Assembly: GCA_963664195.1 (NCBI GenBank)
Contig: OY760907.1
Span: 1,856,001 to 1,920,000 of the forward strand
Direction: 5' to 3'
Origin: an uncultured candidate division Zixibacteria bacterium
GTDB taxonomy: Bacteria; Zixibacteria; MSB-5A5; GN15; FEB-12
DNA: 64,000 nt
Shown: positions 19,960 through 29,208 of the stretch, piece after piece
How the letters are laid out: each line of letters opens with the position of its first letter
How positions within the stretch are numbered: the first letter of the stretch is position 1
Program-made: the position numbers and the translations under genes
The notes under the pieces: model-generated
What the model saw: only the letters and a program-made list of their open reading frames with translations
What the model was told of the DNA's origin: nothing
Database searches by the model: none

Positions 19960-20934
19960 ATGCCGGACATGAATGTTGGCGGACAAGCAGTAATCGAGGG
20001 CGTCATGATGCGCTCGAAGGATAAAATCGCTACTGCTGTGCGTATCCCCAACGGTGAGATTCTTGTCAAGACTCAGCCGTACATGTCGGTGACTGCCCGG
20101 AACAAGTTGCTGGGCCTGCCGCTCGTGCGCGGTGCGGTTGTGTTTGTCGAAATGCTGTTGATAGGCATCAAGACGCTCAACTTCTCCGCAGAGGTTGCTG
20201 TCGACGAGGCCGAGAGGGCCGAAGCCGAGAAGAACGGCGAAGTGCACACACCCCGTGAGAAAAAGAAAAACGGACTGTATCTTGGTCTGACTGCGGCTTT
20301 TGCGATGGCCGCCGGAGTTGTGATTTTCTTCTACCTGCCGCTCTGGACCGCAGATTTCTTCCATATCGAAAAAGACGCCGTGACTTTTAATCTGATCGCC
20401 GGTGCAATTCGGATGAGTATGTTTATACTGTACGTCTGGGGCATATCGCATCTGGATGAACTCAACCGGGTTTTTCAGTACCACGGCGCCGAGCATAAAT
20501 CGATTTACGCCTACGAATCCGGCGGCGACCTGACGCCAGAGATTGCGGCCGGTCACACGCGTTTTCACCCGCGATGTGGCACCTCGTTTATCTTCATCGT
20601 GGCACTGCTGGCGATCTTCATCTATGCGCTTTCAGACTCGGTTTTCGCCCTGGCCGCAGGACGCGCCCCGGAATTGCTCGAAAGATTTGCCGTACATTTC
20701 AGCCTGCTGCCGATCGTAGCGGGTACTTCGTATGAACTGCTCAAGCTTTCCGGCCGGACACGCGACAACTCGGTGACTCGCATTCTCATCAAGCCGGGGC
20801 TGTGGCTTCAACGGATAACCACCCAGGAACCTTCGGCTGACCAACTCGAGGTGGCAATCGCCGCTCTCGAGGCTGCACTCGGGGTTACCGTCACAGATTC
20901 CAAGCTTACTGCCAAACGTACCGCCGTCTCTTAG
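19960..20934 (+). CDS. DUF1385 family membrane protein
   Basis: GGQAVIEGVMM, YHGAEHK, HPRCGTSF; usual rpmE-prfA context. Confidence 0.93.
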   Translation: MPDMNVGGQAVIEGVMMRSKDKIATAVRIPNGEILVKTQPYMSVTARNKLLGLPLVRGAVVFVEMLLIGIKTLNFSAEVAVDEAERAEAEKNGEVHTPREKKKNGLYLGLTAAFAMAAGVVIFFYLPLWTADFFHIEKDAVTFNLIAGAIRMSMFILYVWGISHLDELNRVFQYHGAEHKSIYAYESGGDLTPEIAAGHTRFHPRCGTSFIFIVALLAIFIYALSDSVFALAAGRAPELLERFAVHFSLLPIVAGTSYELLKLSGRTRDNSVTRILIKPGLWLQRITTQEPSADQLEVAIAALEAALGVTVTDSKLTAKRTAVS

Positions 20935-21006
20935 CTACGGCTCGGTTTGATCTTGCCCCCGAGGGGCGTATTCCGTAATCTTCAATCACAAAAGCACAGG
21001 CACGAT

Positions 21007-22095
21007 ATGTTAGATATAGTGAAGAAAATAGAAGACCGTTTGCAGCAGTTGGATGCTGAACTGGTTGACCCGGAGAATCTCTCCGATCGTCAGAAGTTGA
21101 TCGAACTCAACCGCGAGCGACGGCACATTGAGGACATACTGGAAGTCGGTCTCAGATACCGTGAAGTCAGAACCGGCATTCAGGATTCCGAGGAGATTAT
21201 CGCCGAGGGCGAAGACGACGAGCTGGTCGAAATGGCCCGTGAAGAGCTTGAGACGTTTCAGGGGCAGATAGACGGTCTCGAAAAAGAGTTCAGACTCAAG
21301 CTGTTGCCGCGCGACCCTGACGACGACAAACCGGCCATGGTCGAAATGCGGGCCGGTACGGGCGGCGATGAAGCCGGATTGTTTGTCGGCGACATTTTCA
21401 AAATGTACCAGCGGTTCGCCGATACTCTCAGATGGAAGATCGAGATACTCTCCTCCAACGAGTCTCAGATGGGCGGATTCAAGGAAATCGTGTTCTCCGT
21501 TGAGGGGGAAGGCGCTTACGGCACCATGAAATACGAGTCCGGCGTGCACCGGGTGCAGCGAGTCCCCTCGACTGAAACCCAGGGGCGGATTCACACCTCG
21601 GCAATAACGGTGGCCGTTTTTCCGCAGGTCGAAGAAGTCGACATTGCTATCCAGGAAAACGAATTGCGAATCGATGTCTACCGGTCGTCAGGCCCCGGCG
21701 GCCAGTCGGTCAACACCACCGACTCGGCGGTACGTATCACGCATATCCCGACCGGACTGGTAGTGTCCTGCCAGGACGAAAAATCGCAGATTAAGAATCG
21801 CGCCAAAGCGATGAAAGTTCTTCGCGCTCGCCTTTACGACAAGATCATGTCCGAAAAGAACGAGAAAATAGCAGCGGAACGTCGGTCGATGGTGTCCAGC
21901 GGTGACCGCTCGGCCAAGATTCGCACGTACAATTTCCCGCAGTCGCGTGTGACCGATCATCGTATCGGATTAACCCTGTATAAGCTGGATGACATTCTGG
22001 CCGGCGACGTGTATTGTCTGGTTGAGCCGCTCAAACAACACGATCAGGAAGAGCGATTGAAGCTGGTGGGCGATCAACAGAAGGAAGCTGTTTGA
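21007..22095 (+). CDS. prfA: Peptide chain release factor 1
   Basis: [21 protein letters not shown] (PxT), GPGGQSVN. Confidence 0.97.
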   Translation: MLDIVKKIEDRLQQLDAELVDPENLSDRQKLIELNRERRHIEDILEVGLRYREVRTGIQDSEEIIAEGEDDELVEMAREELETFQGQIDGLEKEFRLKLLPRDPDDDKPAMVEMRAGTGGDEAGLFVGDIFKMYQRFADTLRWKIEILSSNESQMGGFKEIVFSVEGEGAYGTMKYESGVHRVQRVPSTETQGRIHTSAITVAVFPQVEEVDIAIQENELRIDVYRSSGPGGQSVNTTDSAVRITHIPTGLVVSCQDEKSQIKNRAKAMKVLRARLYDKIMSEKNEKIAAERRSMVSSGDRSAKIRTYNFPQSRVTDHRIGLTLYKLDDILAGDVYCLVEPLKQHDQEERLKLVGDQQKEAV

Positions 22096-23069
22096 TGAAG
22101 CTGATGCGTATCGGGCTGGCCGTCTTGCTGACGGTAGCCATGTTGTATGTTGCACGCACGAACTCCAAAGGTCAACCGGAGTTGTACACTCACACAGACA
22201 GTGGCATCACGTTTGAAATGGTCTCGGTGCCCAAAGCGCTTGAGCATACCGACGCGGCGGTCACGATTGCGGTCTCCGGTTTGCCGGATATGTCCTGCGG
22301 CATGGTTTTTCGATACACCGAGCAAAACCCGCATCCCGGTGACTTCAAGTCGATGGCTATGCGCCGTGACAGTATTTCCGGAGAAACGACGTTCTTTTCG
22401 ACCGTAATCTCTGCCGGGACCAAGGGTGGCAAGCTCTGGTACTATTTCGAGGCCGTTGACTCCACAGGATCTGTGCTGGCTTCTTTTGCGGATTTTGCGG
22501 AGACAGATATCCAGGCCAAGGACGCGCCGTTTTTGTTCAAGTACATCGGCGAGGTGCCGCTGGTTGTTTTGATTCTTCATCTCATCTTCATTTTTGCGAC
22601 GGTGTTTTTTCTTTCACTTGCCACCGTGCATGCGCTACGGCTTGTCAGCACGGGAGCGAATGTTCGACCGATGGCCGTGTTTCTGTTCTGGGCGACGGTT
22701 ATGTGCTTCCTCGGCGGGTATCCGTTTGGTATTCCCATGAACTGGTACGCTTTCGGCGTTACCTGGGAGGGTGTGCCGTTCGGCCACGATGCCACCGACA
22801 ACAAAACACAATTGCTGTTTGTCTATCTTCTGTTTGCCACGCTGACTGCCCTTGGCAGCCTTACGCACGGCAGAATCGGTCGTGACATTCTGGCGCCGCA
22901 AGCACTCGGCTGGGTGGGAATCAGCACGTTTGCGGTAATGCTGTTCATCTACCTGGTCCCGCATTCAATTCAATTCACCCCGACGTTCACCTATGCGTTC
23001 TGCTACACGTGGATCGGCGTTGTGGGGCTGTTGTATGTTGTCGGCTTGCTCAGGTCACGCGCACGATAA
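22092..23069 (+). CDS. Hypothetical membrane protein (periplasmic beta domain plus about 5 TMs)
   Basis: Overlaps prfA stop; N-terminal anchor; [22 protein letters not shown] loop. Confidence 0.75.
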   Translation: MMKLMRIGLAVLLTVAMLYVARTNSKGQPELYTHTDSGITFEMVSVPKALEHTDAAVTIAVSGLPDMSCGMVFRYTEQNPHPGDFKSMAMRRDSISGETTFFSTVISAGTKGGKLWYYFEAVDSTGSVLASFADFAETDIQAKDAPFLFKYIGEVPLVVLILHLIFIFATVFFLSLATVHALRLVSTGANVRPMAVFLFWATVMCFLGGYPFGIPMNWYAFGVTWEGVPFGHDATDNKTQLLFVYLLFATLTALGSLTHGRIGRDILAPQALGWVGISTFAVMLFIYLVPHSIQFTPTFTYAFCYTWIGVVGLLYVVGLLRSRAR

Positions 23070-23081
23070 GGCCCAATCAAC

Positions 23082-23951
23082 ATGACCGACAAGCAATACC
23101 TGCCGCATTACATAGCGGAAAAAGCAAAGACTCTCGAAGCAGCCGGGATCGAAAGCGCCAAAGCCGAGCTGGAGTGGATTCTCTGCCACATCCTTGATGT
23201 CGATCGGCTTAATTTATACCTCCACGGTTCGGAACTTCTCACCGACGATGCCTGTGAACATGTTGATCGCATTCTGGTTCGTCGGGCAACACGCGAACCG
23301 CTTCAGTTTATCCTCGAGGAATCCTGGTTCTACGGCCGCAAGTTTTTCGTGACGCCTTCGGTGATGGCGCCCACGCCAGAGACCGAAGGCCTCTGTGAGG
23401 CAGCGATCAAGTTTGCAGCCACGCACGGAATCGACTCGCCACGGGTTCTGGACATAGGCACAGGATCAGGCGTGATCGCGATAACGATGGCGTCCGAAGT
23501 CAAAACGTCTTCAGTGCTGGCGGTCGACGTATCCGAAGATGCCCTCGAGGTTGCTCAAGAGAACGGTCGGGCGCTTGAAGTGCAGGACCGGGTCTCGTTC
23601 CGTCAATCCGATTTCCTCAGCGAGGTTTCAGATGATGAACAGTTCGACTTGATTCTCTCCAATCCTCCGTACATTCGCGAGATCGATTACGCTGACCTGC
23701 CGCCGGAAGTGAAGGCTGACCCCAAGATTGCAATGACTTCCGGCGACGACGGTCTCAATGCCGTCCAGGTGATCCTTCGCGACGCTCCCGGTCATCTGGC
23801 AAGTGGCGGGCGGATTATGTTTGAAATCGGTATGGGACAGTCGGAGCCGATTGCCGAGCTTGTGATGGCTGATGGACGCTTCAACTCGTTTACCTGTCTC
23901 AAAGACCTGAACGATATCGACCGCATAATCATTCTGGGCTGCGAGGGGTAG
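23082..23951 (+). CDS. prmC: Release factor glutamine N5-methyltransferase
   Basis: REPLQFI, PETE, LDIGTGSG, SNPPYI. Confidence 0.95.
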   Translation: MTDKQYLPHYIAEKAKTLEAAGIESAKAELEWILCHILDVDRLNLYLHGSELLTDDACEHVDRILVRRATREPLQFILEESWFYGRKFFVTPSVMAPTPETEGLCEAAIKFAATHGIDSPRVLDIGTGSGVIAITMASEVKTSSVLAVDVSEDALEVAQENGRALEVQDRVSFRQSDFLSEVSDDEQFDLILSNPPYIREIDYADLPPEVKADPKIAMTSGDDGLNAVQVILRDAPGHLASGGRIMFEIGMGQSEPIAELVMADGRFNSFTCLKDLNDIDRIIILGCEG

Positions 23952-23954
23952 ACG

Positions 23955-24605
23955 GTGCCGAGGGAGTCGCTGGCCAGCAAAATAGCACGTGCGGAAATCG
24001 TGGTTGAATTGCTCAAGCGCCACTATCCCGAGGCAAAGTGCTCACTCGATTTTGGTTCTGTTCACCAACTTATGGTTGCGACGATTCTCTCCGCCCAATG
24101 TACCGACGAACGAGTGAATACGGTCACGCCAGCGCTGTTCGAGAAGTATCCGGATGTTCAGGCGTTCGCGGATGCCAACATTAAAGAACTCGAAGAAGCC
24201 GTTTACACTACCGGGTTCTATTCCAACAAAGCCAAATCAATCAAGCTGTCAGCTCAACAACTCCTGGAACGCCATAAAGGGGAGATTCCTAAGACTCTGG
24301 CCGAATTGACCAAGCTGGCCGGCGTTGGGCGTAAGACAGGTTCTGTCATTCTGGGCGTCGGATTCGGACTGGCCGAGGGGATTGTGGTCGATACGCATGT
24401 CGGTCGGATCAGCCGATTGTTGAAATTCACTTCGCAGAAGGACGCCGTCAAGGTCGAGCGAGACTTGATGAAGATCATTCCCGAGAACGACTGGATCGCC
24501 TACTCTCACCTGATGATTGACCACGGTCGAGCCTTGTGTATTGCAAGACGCCCCGACTGCGGGAACTGCTTCCTCAGCAAGATGTGTCCATCCGCAGTCG
24601 CCTGA
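23955..24605 (+). CDS. nth: Endonuclease III
   Basis: LSAQCTDERVN, HhH LAGVGRKT, VDTHV, CX6CX2CX5C. Confidence 0.96.
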   Translation: MPRESLASKIARAEIVVELLKRHYPEAKCSLDFGSVHQLMVATILSAQCTDERVNTVTPALFEKYPDVQAFADANIKELEEAVYTTGFYSNKAKSIKLSAQQLLERHKGEIPKTLAELTKLAGVGRKTGSVILGVGFGLAEGIVVDTHVGRISRLLKFTSQKDAVKVERDLMKIIPENDWIAYSHLMIDHGRALCIARRPDCGNCFLSKMCPSAVA

Positions 24606-24609
24606 TCCT

Positions 24610-24738
24610 GTAGGGCAGGACCCCTGCGATCCTGCCAGGGAGGCTGCAGGGAGGGGCCGGCTCCCCACCCGCCACGATCAAGCCCGAATCCTTTGGATTC
24701 GATCCTTCCGGCAAGTCTGAAGACAGACCTGCCCTACT
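24610..24738. repeat. REP doublet (REPIN-like), GTAGGGCAGG family
   Basis: plus GTAGGGCAGGACCCCTGCGATCCTGCC and minus GTAGGGCAGGTCTGTCTTCAGACTTGCC in inverted orientation. Confidence 0.75.
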
Positions 24739-24884
24739 GCGAGGAGCTGGATGTCTTCGGTATCCTGCCCAGAGCGACACGAAGTGAGCGTCGGGTGGAT
24801 TGAATCTGTCTCAACGGTCATCCTCCAACGTAATCTACATACGGAATTAAGTAACTAACCAGACCTCCGATCAGTATAATTATA

Positions 24885-25559
24885 GTGGATATGCTGTATG
24901 CTTTTTTAATCGTCACGGTTCTCGTGGTGGCGGTGCTCATGTTGCGCCTCCGCCTGCGGTTCGAGTTCTCGTCGGACAAACGACTGCTTTTTGTCGGTGT
25001 CGGGCGATCCGGACCGGAGATGGATTATGCGGCGGGTGTCGGGCGACTGAAGCTATTCGGTCGGCAAATACACAGTTGGCCGATCTCCAGAGAAAAGCCG
25101 CTCGACGTTGTCAAGGATCGGGTTTCGGCCGCCAAATCGAAGGTGATCGGGAAGGGGCCGATGAAGGAGAAGCCGAAAAGAGCGTTTGACATACGCGGCA
25201 TACTACGAATGATTCCCGGAATCGGCAAAGCGCTCTGGCGGTATTTTCTCGATTTGTTGAAATCAACGATTGTAGAACAGGCCGAGGGAGAAATCGAGGC
25301 CGGGTTCGAGGAACCTGATCTGACCGGGCAGGCGTTTGGCTTTTATCAGGCAGCGCTGGCGGTGGCACCATCGGTGGTGGGGAGAGTGAACTATATCCCC
25401 GATTGGACCGGAGCCTCATTTTCCGGGACCGTACGTGCCTCGGTAGCGTTGCCGTTGTATCGATTGGTTTGGCTGACGCTGGTATTGCTGTGGCGTTTGC
25501 CGATTGTAAGGATTATAAGACTGGCCAGAGGAGATAGAAAAGGAGTCCAGGATGGCTAA
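24885..25559 (+). CDS. DUF2953-like protein (YtfI-like partner of YtfJ)
   Basis: N-terminal TM, GFEEPDLTGQAFG motif, overlaps ytfJ start. Confidence 0.75.
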   Translation: MDMLYAFLIVTVLVVAVLMLRLRLRFEFSSDKRLLFVGVGRSGPEMDYAAGVGRLKLFGRQIHSWPISREKPLDVVKDRVSAAKSKVIGKGPMKEKPKRAFDIRGILRMIPGIGKALWRYFLDLLKSTIVEQAEGEIEAGFEEPDLTGQAFGFYQAALAVAPSVVGRVNYIPDWTGASFSGTVRASVALPLYRLVWLTLVLLWRLPIVRIIRLARGDRKGVQDG

Positions 25560-26001
25560 CAATGTTGTGGACATTCTCAGGGGGGTAGTGGGAGAGCTCA
25601 AGGAAATGGCGCGCTCCGAAGTGATTGTCAGCGAACCGATAACAATCGGGGACAAGACGGTCATTCCGGTGGTGAAGATTTCGGTCGGGTTCGGTGCCGG
25701 CGGCGGCCAAGGGGAAAGCGCAAAGACCGGAGCCGGATTCGGTGGTGGTGGCGGCGGTGGTGTCCGGATTGAGCCGGCGGCGTTTATCATTATCGATGCC
25801 GACGGGGTCAAGTTGCTTCCGGCCAAGAAGGGTTCTATCGAGGGACTTATCGATGCCATCCCCGGTTTTGCGAAGAAATTTTCGAAGCTGAAAGACAAGC
25901 TCAAATCGGATGAAAAGGGCAAAGGCAAGGCTAACAGCGACGACGGCGAAGAAGATGCAGCCGATTCAGATGGCGATGAGGCCGACGAATCCGAAAAATA
26001 G
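25552..26001 (+). CDS. ytfJ: GerW/YtfJ family protein
   Basis: EPITIGDKTVIPVVKISVGFGAGGG...GGGGGGVRIEPAAFI. Confidence 0.9.
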   Translation: MANNVVDILRGVVGELKEMARSEVIVSEPITIGDKTVIPVVKISVGFGAGGGQGESAKTGAGFGGGGGGGVRIEPAAFIIIDADGVKLLPAKKGSIEGLIDAIPGFAKKFSKLKDKLKSDEKGKGKANSDDGEEDAADSDGDEADESEK

Positions 26002-26152
26002 TCGCTGTCGATATTCGAATCATAACTGCCGGGTATTCACGCCCGGCAGTTGCTTGTTTCTCTGTCTCATTTCCTCCTGAACAAACCATCGACCGCTGCT
26101 GTTTCCTTTTGTAGGCACTCGTTTTTCCAGTCTTCAGAAAGGGAATTGTATT

Positions 26153-26626
26153 ATGCAGGTTCTTACGCGAATCACTGTTGCGTCACTGGCGGCCGTGCTG
26201 GTCCTGGCCCCAATATCTTCATTTGCCCATTGTCAGATCCCGTGCGGGATATACGATGATCACGCCCGCTATAATCAGCTCGCCGAGCATATTAACACTA
26301 TCGAAAAGTCGATGAAGCAGATCACACTGCTATCCGGTGCCGATGAGATTGACTACAACCAGTTGGTACGCTGGATTAACAACAAGGAAGCTCACGCTGA
26401 CAAGTACATGGAGATCGTTACACAGTATTTCATGACTCAGCGGATCAAGCCGGCGGACTCGTCGGACAGCGAGGCTTACAACAAGTATGTCACTCAGATT
26501 ACGTTGTTGCATCGAATGCTGGTTTCGGCGATGAAATGCAAGCAGACCACCGATTTGCAGCATTCCAATGAACTGCGTGAACTGCTGGAGGAATTCCACA
26601 ACAGCTATCATCCCGGCAGCAGGTGA
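26153..26626 (+). CDS. sodN: Nickel superoxide dismutase precursor with Sec-type signal peptide
   Basis: Nickel hook HCQIPCGIYD directly after SSFA; NQLVRWINNKEAHA; KCKQT. Confidence 0.93.
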   Translation: MQVLTRITVASLAAVLVLAPISSFAHCQIPCGIYDDHARYNQLAEHINTIEKSMKQITLLSGADEIDYNQLVRWINNKEAHADKYMEIVTQYFMTQRIKPADSSDSEAYNKYVTQITLLHRMLVSAMKCKQTTDLQHSNELRELLEEFHNSYHPGSR

Positions 26627-27315
26627 TGGGCCGAAAGTTTGTCGCGGCACCTCAGGGCATGATAGTACTCTTTACATGATCTGAGTCTTTTCCCACACGC
26701 GTGGACACCTATGGTGATTTGCCGCAAGCCGGACATTCTTGAAGGCGGATCAATGCAAAAGTGGTCGTGGGCGTGAGGATACTGGTCTTTTCTTGGTGCC
26801 AGTCAGTAAACTGATTCGTTCGATATTGACTGGACCCCGAGCCTTCCCCTCCCCCCCATCACCATAATATCGGTGAAGTGACTGTCAGAAACTGGCAGTG
26901 GACCGTGTTTTATTTTGGAGAAAATCGCCAGGGAACGTGCCGATGGGTGCGTGGATGTATTGTGCTGTGTAATAGCGACTTAGCTGTTTGGGGTAAGCGT
27001 ACAACATGGTCTAAGATGGTCTTGTTTTTATAGTCGGTCGGGTCTTTTGCTGTTTTCGGGTGTTGTGGTAGATTTTTGCCGCTGATACCTTCTTTGTAGT
27101 GCCTGAGGATCGGGACTGCAAAGGCGACTGGTGTCGTCGGCTTTCCTCTTGTTTGGCAAGCGGTTAACCCGGGAACCCGGCAGGTCGGCAATTGTTCTGG
27201 CTATTGAAGAATTTGTTTGAAAACCTTCCAGCGGTGCATATATTGGATATCCTGAACAGGTATATGTGCTGTTCAGTTTTTGAACTATTGACCGATATAG
27301 ACCTAAGGAGTCATT

Positions 27316-27627
27316 TTGGATTTCAACTGGCTTATTCTGATGGGCGGCGCTCAGGCCGGAGAGAGCCCCATTCCGACGCTGGGGTTCATGGCGCTGATCT
27401 TCATAGCAATGTACTTGCTGTTGATCCGCCCGCAGAGAAAAAAGCAGAAAGAACATGACAAGCTCCTCGGGGAGCTAAAAAAAGGTGACAAGGTTATCAC
27501 TACCGGCGGAATGTTTGGAACGATCTTTGCGATCAATGAGGACAAGGGAAGTATTGTCATCAAAATCGGCGATCAAACCAAACTTGAGTTTTTGAAAAGC
27601 TCAGTTGCTGCGCGTGTCGATAACTAG
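27316..27627 (+). CDS. yajC: Preprotein translocase subunit YajC
   Basis: YLLLIRPQRKKQKEH, LKKGDKVITTGG; RBS AAGGAG. Confidence 0.95.
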   Translation: MDFNWLILMGGAQAGESPIPTLGFMALIFIAMYLLLIRPQRKKQKEHDKLLGELKKGDKVITTGGMFGTIFAINEDKGSIVIKIGDQTKLEFLKSSVAARVDN

Positions 27628-27651
27628 ATTGTTACAACTGTAGGAGTTACC

Positions 27652-28161
27652 GTGGCTGAGCGACCGATCGTCATATACGGCGACCCGGTATTGCGGGAAG
27701 AAGCGCAACCGGTTGATGAGATCAACCAGGAGACAAAAGATTTAGTGTCCCAATTGACGGACACGCTTAAGAAGGCTCGAGGTCTGGGGTTGGCTGCTAA
27801 CCAGATAGGTGTGGCCAAACGTGTGTTTGTAATCGATCTGTCAGCGATCGATATCAATGAATCCCTTAGAGTTTTGATCAATCCGGAGATAGTCGAGACG
27901 AGTGCCGAAGAAGTAGAACTTGAAGAAGGCTGCCTCTCGTTTCCGGACCTGTATCTCAAAGTGACCCGCCCGGAGCGGGTGAAAGTTCGCGCAATCGACC
28001 TGGAAGGCAACCAGTTCGAAATGACCGTCGATGGTATGGCAGCGCGAGCGGTATTACATGAGTTTGATCATTTGCAGGGGAAACTGTTCATTGACCGCGT
28101 CTCACCCCTGACCCGAACGATGATAAGAGGACGGCTGAAGAAACTGGCCGTCGCCTCTTAA
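27652..28161 (+). CDS. def: Peptide deformylase
   Basis: GLGLAANQIG, EGCLS, HEFDHL. Confidence 0.97.
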   Translation: MAERPIVIYGDPVLREEAQPVDEINQETKDLVSQLTDTLKKARGLGLAANQIGVAKRVFVIDLSAIDINESLRVLINPEIVETSAEEVELEEGCLSFPDLYLKVTRPERVKVRAIDLEGNQFEMTVDGMAARAVLHEFDHLQGKLFIDRVSPLTRTMIRGRLKKLAVAS

Positions 28162-28233
28162 GCCCGATTACATCGCTCTCGCAATCAGTCCGCGTTTGCA
28201 CGTATGCCGTTCGGCATGCCACGGTCCACACAG

Positions 28234-29208
28234 ATGAAAATAGTTTTCATGGGTACGCCGGAGTTTGCCCGGGTGGCCCTGTCGCATTTATGCGATAGCG
28301 GGCACGAAGTGCTGGCGGTTGTTACCGGCCGTGATAAGCGGGTAGGCCGCAAGCGCAAGCTTATGCCTACGCTCGTGCGTCAGGAAGCCGAACGTCGCGG
28401 ATTGCCGGTGTTAACGCCAAAATCGCTGAAGAGCCAAAAGCTGAGCGACGAGCTGAGTGCACTGCAAGCCGACCTGTTCGTGGTGGCGGCGTTTCGCATT
28501 CTGCCGCCGAGCCTGTACGGATTGCCAAGATTGGGTGCGATCAACATCCATACTTCTCTATTGCCGAAATACCGTGGTGCCGCCCCGATTCATTGGGCGA
28601 TTATCAACGGTGAGGAAGAAACCGGGTTGACCAGCTTTTTCCTAAACGAACAAGTAGATACCGGTGACATGATTCTCCAGGAGAGAACAACTATCACCGA
28701 AAACGATACATATGATACACTTCACGACCGGTTGGCTGATATGGCCGGTCCATTCCTTCTCAAGACCCTGGGGATGATCGACAAAGGGGAGAGCACGCCG
28801 ATTCGGCAGAGTAATGCCGAGGCTACGCGAGCGCCCAAGATTACCCCGTTCGATGCTCTCATCGATTTCGGCATGCCGGCGGCCAAAGTCTGCCAATTTG
28901 TAAGAGGCATGGCCACGAAACCTGGAGCGTACACCTATTTCCGGGGTGCCAAGATCAAGATCCACGCCTGCCTTGTCAGTGACAGGATTGCTGATTCAAA
29001 CATTCGAATCGGCGGAATACTCCCTGACAGGAAGAAACTGCTGGTAGTCTGTGGTCGGACTGAAGACGGTCCCACCGTGGTGGAACTTACCCGCGTCGTG
29101 CCGGCCGGCAAGAAGGAAATGGACGGAATATCATTCAAAAACGGGTTCAGGCCGGAACCGGGTGAAGTGCTTGGACAAATTTCAGAGGGGGTTCAGGAGA
29201 AACCGTGA
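28234..29208 (+). CDS. fmt: Methionyl-tRNA formyltransferase
   Basis: MKIVFMGTPEFA, NIHTSLLPKYRGAAPI. Confidence 0.96.
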   Translation: MKIVFMGTPEFARVALSHLCDSGHEVLAVVTGRDKRVGRKRKLMPTLVRQEAERRGLPVLTPKSLKSQKLSDELSALQADLFVVAAFRILPPSLYGLPRLGAINIHTSLLPKYRGAAPIHWAIINGEEETGLTSFFLNEQVDTGDMILQERTTITENDTYDTLHDRLADMAGPFLLKTLGMIDKGESTPIRQSNAEATRAPKITPFDALIDFGMPAAKVCQFVRGMATKPGAYTYFRGAKIKIHACLVSDRIADSNIRIGGILPDRKKLLVVCGRTEDGPTVVELTRVVPAGKKEMDGISFKNGFRPEPGEVLGQISEGVQEKP

